Below are positions 1 to 9,433 of a stretch of DNA of 64,000 nucleotides, in pieces. Origin of the DNA: a virus; IMG/VR virus record IMGVR_UViG_3300027899_000008. One strand, 5' to 3'. Made by a program: the position numbers and the translations under genes. The first letter of the stretch is position 1; the number at the start of each line of letters is the position of its first letter. The notes under the pieces are model-generated. The model was not told the origin of the DNA. It worked only from the letters and a program-made list of their open reading frames with translations, and made no database searches.

Positions 1-235
1 GTTGAAGTCTCGTAGGATCCCATCCAAAGGGAACATCGGCGACCACGAACCTCTGTGGGTTATTCTCCGCTGATACCATGAGTTGCACCTCGATGATATC
101 GTCTATGGCTGTAGCTTGTTGTGGTGCTACCAGCGTAAGATTCAATTTAGCAGTTGGATCGTTTTGAGCAGATGCCATGCTAACCATGCATACCAAGAAG
201 ATAAAGAATGATTTAATGTAGTGTTGTAGCTTCAT
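1..235 (-). CDS. Secreted protein with putative cohesin-like Ig domain (runs off window; not in ORF track)
   Basis: Manual translation from ATG at 235: MKLQHYIKSFFIFLVCMVSMASA/QNDPTAKLNLTLVAPQQATAIDDIIEVQLMVSAENNPQRFVVADVPFGWDPTRLQ. Signal peptide with ASA cleavage site; V.L.V...D...WDPT.LQ pattern resembles cohesin domains. Confidence 0.55.
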   Translation of the reverse strand, partial: MKLQHYIKSFFIFLVCMVSMASAQNDPTAKLNLTLVAPQQATAIDDIIEVQLMVSAENNPQRFVVADVPFGWDPTRLQ

Positions 236-620
236 ATAATTTCCTTTTTTCTGATAAGATAGAGAAATCTTTTACTTTTTTGTCGCCAAAATACGCCCAA
301 GCATAACCAGAAGTAACTAACAAATCATTTAAGCAGATATCATCCTTTCCATAGATATCCGCCAACATCCTACCATATTTATCATCCTTTGATGTTTTTA
401 TTCTCATAATATTCTGACTAGCACACCACATGGCAACAAATTCCTTTACTTCTATGCCTAATTTGTGTTCTAGGGCATCTTTGGAATTCGTTTCTGGAGT
501 ATCTATTCTGTTTAGCCTTACTCTTTGTTTAGTGAACATACTAAACCCAAGGTCAAAGACTATATCAAGTGTATCTCCGTCTACAATTCTAGTTATTTCT
601 TTTATGGTATATTCATACAT
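213..620 (-). CDS. Thermonuclease (SNase family)
   Basis: RIVDGDT, RVRLNRIDTPE, DKYGRMLA and LNDLLVTSGYAW motifs. Likely start at 620 (TAATG overlap with upstream stop); ORF track extends to 656. Confidence 0.9.
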   Translation of the reverse strand: MYEYTIKEITRIVDGDTLDIVFDLGFSMFTKQRVRLNRIDTPETNSKDALEHKLGIEVKEFVAMWCASQNIMRIKTSKDDKYGRMLADIYGKDDICLNDLLVTSGYAWAYFGDKKVKDFSILSEKRKLYEATTLH

Positions 621-1699
621 TAATGATGTCTTTCCGAACAAACAAGAGCTCTCCATTGGTCTAATGCCTTATCATTGCTTCTAGACAATAATATCTTATT
701 TAATTTATTAAGTCCAAGTTTAGCAAATTTTCTAGAAATGTTCATAACTTTCATTGCATCGTCTGATGAATTGGAATCAACTTTACTCATTGGGTTTATA
801 AATTTAATTTCATCGGAACCAACTATTGGTATATTCATATGAATGAAATCAGCAGCAACTATATTAAAGGTTTCGCTATATGATACCTGAAGACCCATGT
901 CCATCTGACCTACGATATTAAGAAAATCAACATGGGAATACCAAGGATGTTCTACCAATCTTGCATTGATATTTGATGTGTTGAAAAGATTTCTTATATT
1001 ATTAAGAATACCCATCATGGAACCATTTTTACCATTTTGTGTTTCATGTGGACTAACATTGATATGAACTACGATTGGTCGATCAATGACTGATGCATAT
1101 TGTATAGCCCACAATACCTGTTGAAGATGATTCTTCAATGGTCGCAATGCTCCAAAGATACCAATATGAAATTCTTTTGCGTTCGTTCTATAATTTGGAA
1201 TCTCTATAGATGGAGTTAAATCTGGATTAGGATAATATAGATTTGGAGAATACGATACAAATTTTCCACCAAACATATGCTTTAGATTCTTATAAAACTC
1301 TTCGCTATTTGCGCTAAGATTTATCTTGATTCCTTGTTCTCTGAGTTTCATATATTCGGTCAACCATTCAATAGCAATTGATTCTGTTGCGATGAATGGA
1401 GATTTGGAATGTAAACGAATATGCCATTCCACTTTTGGATGTAATGCTGATAGTATCTTGAATTTCTCTGGAACTACCCACAGAGCTTCGATGTAGACAT
1501 CGGTTGGTTTGAATCTAGCAACTTCACGATCAATGTCATTATTATCAACAACCTCTACTACTTCTGTTTCTATATGTATTTCATTAAGTTTTCTAGCAAC
1601 AAAATCGCAAGAGTTATATAATCCATATGCCTTTGTTATTTGCCCATATGCGTATCTTTGCTTTATTATGAAAAGAATTCTCTTATGGTTTGATGACAT
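620..1699 (-). CDS. Putative GT-B fold glycosyltransferase
   Basis: IGIFGALRPLKNHL and SYSETFNIVAAD...IPIVGS resemble the GT4 C-terminal domain. Confidence 0.55.
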   Translation of the reverse strand: MSSNHKRILFIIKQRYAYGQITKAYGLYNSCDFVARKLNEIHIETEVVEVVDNNDIDREVARFKPTDVYIEALWVVPEKFKILSALHPKVEWHIRLHSKSPFIATESIAIEWLTEYMKLREQGIKINLSANSEEFYKNLKHMFGGKFVSYSPNLYYPNPDLTPSIEIPNYRTNAKEFHIGIFGALRPLKNHLQQVLWAIQYASVIDRPIVVHINVSPHETQNGKNGSMMGILNNIRNLFNTSNINARLVEHPWYSHVDFLNIVGQMDMGLQVSYSETFNIVAADFIHMNIPIVGSDEIKFINPMSKVDSNSSDDAMKVMNISRKFAKLGLNKLNKILLSRSNDKALDQWRALVCSERHH

Positions 1700-1730
1700 T
1701 TATATACCTTTTTAAGTTATATTAGTATGT

Positions 1731-1765
1731 ATAAAGAAACCCCCGAATGATGCCATTCGGGGGTT
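1731..1765 (-). terminator. Rho-independent terminator
   Basis: Perfect 12-bp stem AACCCCCGAATG/CATTCGGGGGTT with a 4-nt loop, followed by TCTTTAT on the minus strand, 30 nt after the OMP stop. Confidence 0.85.
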
Positions 1766-1794
1766 CGTGAAAAGGAAGACTGATTGTCTATGAT

Positions 1795-2592
1795 TTAGAA
1801 CTTAAATCCTAGACCAAATGTAATCACAGAATCAAGAGAATCAAACTGAAGGTCATCAACAACTGAGAATCCAACACCAGCATTGAGTGTTATATTTGAA
1901 GATGCTTCATATTGAATAGATGGACCAACAAGAATCGATTTCTGACCATCAGACCAATATGAATTCACATTTGCACTGACAGAGAAATCAGTTGACGCAT
2001 TGTATTTGATTGCGGTGTTGCCCTCAAAGACATTTGAATCAACAAATCCACCAAGATATGGCATATAGGTGTAATTATCAACAAGATAATACTTTACAGA
2101 TTGAGAAATATCAACCTTGTCCTTGGTGACACCAAAAGATGCACCTCCGAAATACGCAAACTCATCAGACGAATATTCACCACTCAATGGAACCTTGATA
2201 CCACCGATGAAATCAACGGAAATATCATTGAAGATGGTCAGTGCATTCTTATAGGTCAATGCAACATCTACATCTCCAATGCCTGTGCCAGTGGTTCCGA
2301 ATGTTCCATTATTTAATTGCCAAGCTGTTTCTTGTGCTACACTTGGATTGTTGGTTGCATTATATAGAGGAAGAGAAACAGAGGCATCCAACTTGTCTAG
2401 AAGGTTAAAATCTAGAATGGTGGTAACTTCAGTAATGGTGTCATTGGTAAGACTGAAGATTGATGCTTGCTCTGTAAAATTTACCTTAAATTCTTTCTCT
2501 GCAACTGCGGGAACTGGTTCCTGAGCAAATCCAACTGCGTTTACGAAAAGTGCTACGAATACTACTGCTAGTGTCTTGAAAATATTTTTCAT
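1795..2592 (-). CDS. Outer-membrane beta-barrel protein (transporter/porin-like)
   Basis: Signal peptide (..AVGFA/QE), amphipathic strands, TGIGDVDV...GGIKVPL motif, C-terminal FGLGFKF (terminal Phe BAM signal). Confidence 0.75.
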   Translation of the reverse strand: MKNIFKTLAVVFVALFVNAVGFAQEPVPAVAEKEFKVNFTEQASIFSLTNDTITEVTTILDFNLLDKLDASVSLPLYNATNNPSVAQETAWQLNNGTFGTTGTGIGDVDVALTYKNALTIFNDISVDFIGGIKVPLSGEYSSDEFAYFGGASFGVTKDKVDISQSVKYYLVDNYTYMPYLGGFVDSNVFEGNTAIKYNASTDFSVSANVNSYWSDGQKSILVGPSIQYEASSNITLNAGVGFSVVDDLQFDSLDSVITFGLGFKF

Positions 2593-2603
2593 ATATACTC
2601 CTT

Positions 2604-3281
2604 TTAATTTGATATTAAATCTACTACTTCACACCCATTTGCGCTACAAGCGAATTGTTGGGTTCCTGTCGTCTTATCTTCCTTTTCATATTGGGACAAC
2701 ATCGCCCAATTTATATTCTTGGGCATCTTCTCCAATGCCTCAAGATATTGTTCTTTAGTGCAATCTTGATATGGTGCTTGCCGATACGAGTGGTCACTAT
2801 GAGGAAGAAATGAGATACCACTGATTTCGTCAAAATGGGTATATACCCAAGCACCTACCTCCATCCACTCATGTTCCTTGATGGTGATTGTGATTGATGG
2901 TTTATGCTCACACCAATATCGTTGATATGCTAACCACAACTCCAACTGAGCAATTGCCGATACATCATTACGAGTAATAGAACCTTCGGCCTTATGAGGA
3001 AACGAGAATACCATTGTATGTTCTGGCTTCATCACACAAGGTTCTGATGGGAATCCCATATCAATCATCATCTGACATAGTGGATCTTTGCGATCTGCAC
3101 GAATGGTTCGAATATAATATTCGTTATGGCGTGGATGAATTCCTGATGCGGAATCAGTTAATTGTGAAACCGTGTTGTGTGAAATCCAACCATTGGATAG
3201 TTGATATGAATGGGTTCCTTCCACTTCAATATCAACCATAAATTCGGGGGATAGTTGTTTAATTGATTTTATTTTTGTCAT
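2604..3281 (-). CDS. nrdJ: Class II ribonucleotide reductase, C-terminal fragment, fused to the C-part of a split intein
   Basis: MTKIKSI...ISHN then TVSQLTDSASGIHPRH, WCEHKPSITI, YRQAPYQ and a C-terminal ACSANGC redox pair. GAAAGG RBS precedes ATG 3281 (ORF track starts at 3296). Confidence 0.92.
   Translation of the reverse strand: MTKIKSIKQLSPEFMVDIEVEGTHSYQLSNGWISHNTVSQLTDSASGIHPRHNEYYIRTIRADRKDPLCQMMIDMGFPSEPCVMKPEHTMVFSFPHKAEGSITRNDVSAIAQLELWLAYQRYWCEHKPSITITIKEHEWMEVGAWVYTHFDEISGISFLPHSDHSYRQAPYQDCTKEQYLEALEKMPKNINWAMLSQYEKEDKTTGTQQFACSANGCEVVDLISN
3174..3281 (-). mobile_element. Split intein, IntC half (36 aa)
   Basis: MTKIKSIKQLSPEFMVDIEVEGTHSYQLSNGWISHN: block F (VDIEV..THSY) and block G (HN), followed by Thr+1. 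Confidence 0.9.
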
Positions 3282-3897
3282 GTTTACACCTTTCATTGTG
3301 ATATCTTCCTATTGCTCTGGCATTCATTGTTTTTCCACAAATAGAACAAGTAGTTTTTAGTTCTGTTCTGCCTATTCTATAGTTTTTATTTTCTTCAATG
3401 AAATGTTCTATGCTTTTTATTTGTTGTTGTTGTTTTGTATATTTGATATTATCAATATCATTGGTTAACCAAACAAATCCTTTATTTTTTACACCACCTC
3501 GTTTGCCAAATTCAGATTGCCATTTGGATTGGGTGAATGCTCCTCGTTTTCCCCCAAGGGAGGCAAGCTTCAATCTCTCTTCTGGTGTCTGAGAATGAAT
3601 TCCAATTTTATTTTCATATTGACTTTTTCCTCCCGCTTTACCACCTAATTTACATTTTTCTATTCTTAGTTGAGAAGATGTGATTCCAATTTTACTTGCC
3701 ATCAAATCTCTAACATCACCATTTTTTAAATATCTTTCGTGATGTATTCTTTTGTGATCTTCAAATGAAAGTGCTATTAGATTTAAAATATCATCAGTTC
3801 CCCCCTCATATATGGGGATTATATGATGTATTTCATATCCCTTTGGTATTGACCCTTTATTATCTTTATAAAATTGTCTTATCTTCTTCCGATTCAT
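3259..3897 (-). CDS. Free-standing HNH homing endonuclease
   Basis: EIHHIIPIYEGGTDDILNLIALSFEDHKRIH HNH domain; xGGK repeats; C-terminal CSICG..H...C zinc-finger-like tail. Overlaps both nrdJ halves. Confidence 0.9.
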   Translation of the reverse strand: MNRKKIRQFYKDNKGSIPKGYEIHHIIPIYEGGTDDILNLIALSFEDHKRIHHERYLKNGDVRDLMASKIGITSSQLRIEKCKLGGKAGGKSQYENKIGIHSQTPEERLKLASLGGKRGAFTQSKWQSEFGKRGGVKNKGFVWLTNDIDNIKYTKQQQQIKSIEHFIEENKNYRIGRTELKTTCSICGKTMNARAIGRYHNERCKHDKNKIN

Positions 3898-4276
3898 TAA
3901 CTTCCCCTTGGTTTAATACACTACTAGTATATAGTGTTTTCACTTGTTCAAGAGGACTAAAAGAAACAATTTCATCATTTATATTCAATTCGCGCATACA
4001 TTTCCAACCAGTATTGGTTAGTAATTTATGCTCAGAGGAAAACTTATAGACATTACCATTATCGTCTTCAATTTCAAACACAGGAGACATACCCTTAACA
4101 AAAAGATTAGTTATTTTTCGAGAATCATTGTTTTTATCATAGACAAAAATATCTACTGGTGGAGTTACCCACTGACCATCTAATAATGTTTCTGGATTCT
4201 TTCCACACAATTCAAATATTTCAGCAAAGGTCATGTCACCATGAGTTGTTTTAATTTTTGTGTCCAGTGTTCCACA
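3866..4276 (-). mobile_element. Split intein, IntN half (136 aa)
   Basis: Block A CGTLDTKIKT directly after VKPSG; block B FSSEHKLLT; GWKCMRELNINDEI; acidic tail, then stop. Confidence 0.9.
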
Positions 4277-5629
4277 TCCAGATGGTTTTACACAAGTGAT
4301 TGCGGCAGCAGGGTTGATTCCTATCTTTGATGCCCATTTTTTGTTCGTGTCAATCGCAACTTGCTTAAGTTCAGTCAATGTTTCCTTTAGATTAATTATA
4401 TTGCGCATCATGGTGTTATCCATGATACCTGTGAGAGATACACCCAATAGCGATTCCTCTTCGCAGTTTTTCTTCCATTCTGATGAAAGATATGGGAAGT
4501 ATGTGAGGGATGCTTGCCATGTTCCAAGAATGGCAGCAAGACGAGTCTTACGCTTGAGCGTTTCCATTGTATCTTCTGGACGCACTACAACTTCTGTGAG
4601 GTTACAAAATTCACGATCACGAAGAATAATTTCTGAACATGGATTTGTTCCGAATTCATAATTTGGATTTCTACGATCTCCCAATTTGGCAACTGCTTTA
4701 CGACAAGCATCACGATTGAAGATACCGCGTTCTCCACTCTTTGACTTATAGACCGCAACCCACTCATCCATGAATACGCCTATTTCCGGTTTCTCTTTAT
4801 ACGCGACCGAGTTGTTCGCGAGGGCTCTTTGGGGGTTCTCGTTCCACCAAGCACCTGACTTCGCATCTCGCATCCTTTCATCTGTGAGATTGGATAAGCT
4901 AATAAGAGCAGATCGACGGACTCCTCCCACCACAACAATTTCCGCAATCTTGCAGACGAGGTCGTGGCATTCGATAGATGTGAGTTTTCTCCCTGCTGCT
5001 CTTTTAAAAGAGTCAGCTGTGAATTGGAAGAGATCTTCAAGAGGTCTTGGCCCCGAAGCTCTCCCACCAAAGGTTTTAAGTCTCGCCCCAGTAGGTCGAA
5101 CCTTTGATACATCCCATTTTGGAACCTGACCTCCAATGAGTAGGGAGATAAGTTCTTTGTAACTCTTAGCCCAACCAGCTTTGCTATCTTCCACAATGAT
5201 TGTGGTGTCCGTGTTGGAAAAGTTTTCAGCAATTGTAGGAAGTTTCTCAACATATTGTCTCTCCACGCTAAATCCCACACCAGTTCCACACATCAAAATA
5301 TAAAGAATTTCATCAAATGCTCTCACACGACTAACTGCCACATATGAACAATTATATCCTGCGGTATTATCACGCTTGAGAGCATCTCCTGCGGTCATCA
5401 ATGCTCTCATGCTTGGCATTATCTCAAGATTCAGAACAGCAGTCTCAAGTTCATTTCTGAGTTCTGCTGTCAAATTAAATTTCTTATTATCCTTTAAGTG
5501 GGATTCAAAGAAATCAAAGTAACGCTTGACCGTTTCTTCCCAAGTCTCTCGTCGTTTTTCCTTTTCAATCCAACGAGCATATCGGGAAGTGTGTATAAAT
5601 TTTTGATAATCGGATGGCAATTCTTTCAT
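3866..5629 (-). CDS. nrdJ: Class II (adenosylcobalamin) ribonucleotide reductase, N-terminal fragment, fused to IntN
   Basis: SRYARW..RRETWEETV, PSMRALM, YNCSY, GGRASGP, GGVRRSA, GTNPCSEI active site, FCNLTE, TCVKPSG. Confidence 0.95.
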   Translation of the reverse strand: MKELPSDYQKFIHTSRYARWIEKEKRRETWEETVKRYFDFFESHLKDNKKFNLTAELRNELETAVLNLEIMPSMRALMTAGDALKRDNTAGYNCSYVAVSRVRAFDEILYILMCGTGVGFSVERQYVEKLPTIAENFSNTDTTIIVEDSKAGWAKSYKELISLLIGGQVPKWDVSKVRPTGARLKTFGGRASGPRPLEDLFQFTADSFKRAAGRKLTSIECHDLVCKIAEIVVVGGVRRSALISLSNLTDERMRDAKSGAWWNENPQRALANNSVAYKEKPEIGVFMDEWVAVYKSKSGERGIFNRDACRKAVAKLGDRRNPNYEFGTNPCSEIILRDREFCNLTEVVVRPEDTMETLKRKTRLAAILGTWQASLTYFPYLSSEWKKNCEEESLLGVSLTGIMDNTMMRNIINLKETLTELKQVAIDTNKKWASKIGINPAAAITCVKPSGCGTLDTKIKTTHGDMTFAEIFELCGKNPETLLDGQWVTPPVDIFVYDKNNDSRKITNLFVKGMSPVFEIEDDNGNVYKFSSEHKLLTNTGWKCMRELNINDEIVSFSPLEQVKTLYTSSVLNQGEVNESEEDKTIL

Positions 5630-5630
5630 A

Positions 5631-6344
5631 TTACTCCTTAGTTAAAACATACCAAGATTCGGGAAAAAGAGGTTCAATTATCGTATGTAATGCTTTAGCA
5701 TACTCTCTAACTTCCCATTGTGCGTGTGAATCAGATCGTTGACTATAGACCCTTGCATACGCAGCAAGCGATCCAGTCCACCACCATTCGGTATGTGTCC
5801 CCTGCGGCAGAACAAATCTTGCCTGTTCTGGAGCGACACCTTTATCTATAAGAGAATTATAGACTTCCAAACAACGATCAACTGCGTCTTTATATGTTCG
5901 TTCAAATTTGGTTTTAGTCTCCACATCGGTTATAAAATCCTCAGAACCTTGCTTCACACTTCCAATGGATTTACCTCTCCAAAATGGTTGATAAATGTCT
6001 GGAACATATGAAACATATCGTCGTGAAATTTCATTCTCTACAAATCCAACCTTGTGCTTGAAAAGTTGTGTGCGAATTGAAATCGGTGCTTTGATTCGCA
6101 ATGTAATTTGCGGATGTGCGAACGGAGTCCAATGATTGTGTTCTGCTAGATAGCGAATCAATTTGAAATCCTTATCTGATAATTTTTTATCCTTTATATG
6201 GCCAGAAAAATGTTGTTCACCTTCCCATGAACTTTCTTTGTTAAAGGATACTCTTGCTGCATTTACAATGGTAAGATCCGAACCCATATGGTCCACATAT
6301 TCAACAAATCCGGAATCGAGAACATTAACTCTTTGATTGATCAT
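5631..6344 (-). CDS. thyX: FAD-dependent thymidylate synthase
   Basis: GSDLTIVNAARVSF, HWTPFAH, QLFKH..NEISRRY, APEQARFVLPQ, HAQWEVR. Confidence 0.95.
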   Translation of the reverse strand: MINQRVNVLDSGFVEYVDHMGSDLTIVNAARVSFNKESSWEGEQHFSGHIKDKKLSDKDFKLIRYLAEHNHWTPFAHPQITLRIKAPISIRTQLFKHKVGFVENEISRRYVSYVPDIYQPFWRGKSIGSVKQGSEDFITDVETKTKFERTYKDAVDRCLEVYNSLIDKGVAPEQARFVLPQGTHTEWWWTGSLAAYARVYSQRSDSHAQWEVREYAKALHTIIEPLFPESWYVLTKE

Positions 6345-6855
6345 TATTAAACTCCTTTATGATACTGCTATCTTCTCCAAGATATTTTTTCATTTGCTCT
6401 AGTATGAATGCCAGAAACTTCTCTTCATCCTTGGCAAACTTACAAATGCCAACAATATTCATCCAATCATCCTCATCGAATGTATTGTATTGTAATTCTC
6501 TACAATGTTGAATTAAATTCTTGATATAACTTTGAATACCAAGAATATCATCTTTCGATGTGTTTTTATTCTTCATCCACAATATAATTCCTTCTTCCTC
6601 ATGGTCAAAGGTAGAAATGAAGGCATTATATGATGCTTGTATCTTAGTGAGAAGAATATTCAATTCCTTTAAGAATTTCTTATTATCTTCATGCCAATAA
6701 TCAAATGTCAAACCATCGACCTTAGTATAGGTGCGAGCATAATCTATTGCTCTGAAAAACATAGCAGAATCACTTTCGCGAACATATTCCGCAAACTTAA
6801 AATGAAATTCTGCAATGCCAACCAACAGAGTATAATCTTTTTTTGGAATCTTCAT
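6325..6855 (-). CDS. Hypothetical protein
   Basis: 176-aa ORF overlapping both neighbours in the operon. Confidence 0.6.
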   Translation of the reverse strand: MKIPKKDYTLLVGIAEFHFKFAEYVRESDSAMFFRAIDYARTYTKVDGLTFDYWHEDNKKFLKELNILLTKIQASYNAFISTFDHEEEGIILWMKNKNTSKDDILGIQSYIKNLIQHCRELQYNTFDEDDWMNIVGICKFAKDEEKFLAFILEQMKKYLGEDSSIIKEFNNDQSKS

Positions 6856-7841
6856 TTACATTTTCTCCATGTATTATACACTAACATCGCTGATGCGCCT
6901 GTGTATGTGTGCTGACTGATTGTATCACAAACATCGACTCCATTCAAGACCATATCATTTATATCTTTATCTTTGATATGTGATGGAAAAATACAAACCT
7001 TTTCTCCAGAATCAATCAACTCCTTGAGCACCGCAGTTACCGCTGTGCTTCTAGGTTCATTGTCTACAATATAAACAAGATTCTCTGTTGGAAACCTGTT
7101 TCTAATTTCTAGAAAATTTCCTATGCCTAAGCAAGCAATCGCATTGGGTAGAAAGAGGCTGTCGATTGGTCCCTCCACAACAAAGATTGTCTTGCTTCTG
7201 TCGATATCTCCAAGACCATGAATTAACTTAACAGATTCATCTCGTCGAAGAGTAATATACTTTGGTTGTGAATTTCCAAATGCCCTTCCTTGCACACCAA
7301 TTATTTTACCATGCACATCATACATGAATATAAGAATACGCTCATCGTCAAGAATATTATATTTCTCATTTACATTCTTGGCAAATTCAGCAAAATGCTT
7401 CGTATATCCAAAGCATTTCCACTTTTCCTTTGGAATCTTGCGATATTCTAGAAACTTAAATACCTTGTGGTCTGACGGCAGGTCATCCAATGATTCATAC
7501 TTCAATGCGCTGAATATCGTGGTATCAACACTAAAATCTGGTTTCACTTCCTCGATTCGCTTACCACCATCTAGAAATTTCTCAAGGCAATATTCCTTAA
7601 ACAACACTGGAGATACAATCTCCAAAAACTTATAGACATTGTGGGACGCGCCGCAGTTATGACACTTAAAGAAATAAGAATTATCGGATTGAAAGAAATA
7701 CCCTCTTGCTTTGTTTTTATTATTCTCAGAATCTCCACAAATAGGACATCTACAATTCGCAAGATTAATTTTCTTCCATTTGAATTTAGAAAGGGAAGAT
7801 GAAACTAAATTTATATATTTTTGATCGATGTAAGCGGACAT
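6852..7841 (-). CDS. gp61: DNA primase (T4 gp61-like)
   Basis: CPICGDS..KARGYF..CHNCG zinc finger; TOPRIM motifs EGPIDS, DNEPR, KDINDM. Confidence 0.95.
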   Translation of the reverse strand: MSAYIDQKYINLVSSSLSKFKWKKINLANCRCPICGDSENNKNKARGYFFQSDNSYFFKCHNCGASHNVYKFLEIVSPVLFKEYCLEKFLDGGKRIEEVKPDFSVDTTIFSALKYESLDDLPSDHKVFKFLEYRKIPKEKWKCFGYTKHFAEFAKNVNEKYNILDDERILIFMYDVHGKIIGVQGRAFGNSQPKYITLRRDESVKLIHGLGDIDRSKTIFVVEGPIDSLFLPNAIACLGIGNFLEIRNRFPTENLVYIVDNEPRSTAVTAVLKELIDSGEKVCIFPSHIKDKDINDMVLNGVDVCDTISQHTYTGASAMLVYNTWRKCK

Positions 7842-9224
7842 TCAAAACTTCCAAGCATCGGTGTTTGGTTTCGTTCCTTTTGCAAATTGGTCTTTTACAG
7901 AATTATTAGATTGTTTTGGAACAATTGCTACATTATCCTCTTTCTTGATATCAAATATCTTCATCTTTGCTTTATTGATTCCAAGAATAAATTTACGATT
8001 TATGGTGGTATCGTTATATCGATTCTTAAGTTGCTTCACCATGATTTGATTCATCTCCGCCAGTTCATCTGTCGAAATCAAAGCAAACATGAAATCAGCA
8101 GTAGCAGGAAGACCGAAGGATTCCGATGTATCTTCAAGTCCAACATCACTATTAGAGAATCCTGATCGCGTGGTCTGTGTAGCACTAAAGATTGGAACAT
8201 TATATTCCACTGCCAATCCACGAAGTTCTTCCGCAATTGACTTGATGTAAGTATATGAATTAATATTGTTACCACTCTTCAGTCTAGCAGATGCGCAGAT
8301 ATTCAGATAATCAACAATGATGACATCTGGCTTGAACTTACGCTTTAGATGTAATTCATCTAGAAGAAATCTAAAATGATTTACATTTGCTGTTGCTGTT
8401 GGATATTCCTTGATGATGAGTTTACCTCTGACACCAGCACTGAGATTCTGCATCTTCTTCTCATATACGACTTTCGTAAGTTCACGAAGATTATCAAGAG
8501 TTACATCAAGAAGATTGGCATCAATACGCTCTGCGATTCTCTCCTCTGCCATCTCACAGGTGATATACAAAACATTCTGATGTTGCTTGAGACAATTTGC
8601 AGCATGATGGCAAAGGAACAATGATTTACCCACACCAGTTCCTGCCATCACGATGTTCAAGGTCTTCGCAGGAGTTCCACCATTCGTTATTTGATTAAAG
8701 AAATCAAGGTCAAAGGGAATTCTTTTCTCTGTCGTATGGTAGAATTCATATCGTCGCTCGTAATCCTCAATGTAATCATGTCCGATATGAACATCAAATG
8801 ATATTGCCAATGCCTTTGAGAGTATATCAGGAATCGAACCTTGTGATTGCTGTGTCTTTCCATCAATAATCTGAATGGATTCCATGATTGCGTTGTATAC
8901 TGCCTTTTCCTTACAGAAATTTTCAGTTTCAACCATCAACCATTCAGCATCACATTGTTCCTTGTTAGCAGAAATCTCTTCCACTATATTAGAAATGCGT
9001 TTCATCTCTTCTTGAGTGATGCTCTTATTCTTATCAAGAATGATATACAATGCTTCCTTTGTGGGAAGATTATTATACTTGATTATGAAATCGTGAATTG
9101 TTTCATATACAAATCGCAATGACCTATCATGAAAATACTCCCGCTGAATAAAGGGAGTTACTTTTCTTGAATATGTTTCGTTTTTGATGAGGTTGTGTAG
9201 GATAATATTTTCTATATCAGTCAT
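7842..9224 (-). CDS. gp41: Replicative helicase (T4 gp41-like)
   Basis: AGTGVGKS Walker A, DYLNICAS, ATQTTRSG, SESFGLPATAD, KQLKNRY. Confidence 0.96.
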   Translation of the reverse strand: MTDIENIILHNLIKNETYSRKVTPFIQREYFHDRSLRFVYETIHDFIIKYNNLPTKEALYIILDKNKSITQEEMKRISNIVEEISANKEQCDAEWLMVETENFCKEKAVYNAIMESIQIIDGKTQQSQGSIPDILSKALAISFDVHIGHDYIEDYERRYEFYHTTEKRIPFDLDFFNQITNGGTPAKTLNIVMAGTGVGKSLFLCHHAANCLKQHQNVLYITCEMAEERIAERIDANLLDVTLDNLRELTKVVYEKKMQNLSAGVRGKLIIKEYPTATANVNHFRFLLDELHLKRKFKPDVIIVDYLNICASARLKSGNNINSYTYIKSIAEELRGLAVEYNVPIFSATQTTRSGFSNSDVGLEDTSESFGLPATADFMFALISTDELAEMNQIMVKQLKNRYNDTTINRKFILGINKAKMKIFDIKKEDNVAIVPKQSNNSVKDQFAKGTKPNTDAWKF

Positions 9225-9433
9225 TTTTGCTCTAGTTCATCGACTCTATGCTTTAATCGTTTTATCTCGTCTGAACCTTGTTGTAGAATATCTTGTATTT
9301 CTCTCCAAAAGGTAAAAACCTGACACAATGAAGCAGCGTTCATCCGTTCTTCAATAGGTTTATTCTCACATCGTGATATCACAAACGGATTATTAAGTTC
9401 ACTGACAACATCATAGATGGGGTTTTCATCCAT
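9221..9433 (-). CDS. Hypothetical protein
   Basis: 70-aa ORF overlapping the uvsX stop and the gp41 start. Confidence 0.55.
   Translation of the reverse strand: MDENPIYDVVSELNNPFVISRCENKPIEERMNAASLCQVFTFWREIQDILQQGSDEIKRLKHRVDELEQK

Noticed and set aside
3259-3897. Group I intron carrying the HNH gene
   Set aside because: There is no non-coding space for a ribozyme because the ORFs overlap, and the flanks are clear intein halves.
7842-9224. Intein in gp41, a common split-intein host
   Set aside because: Normal length (460 aa) with uninterrupted motifs.
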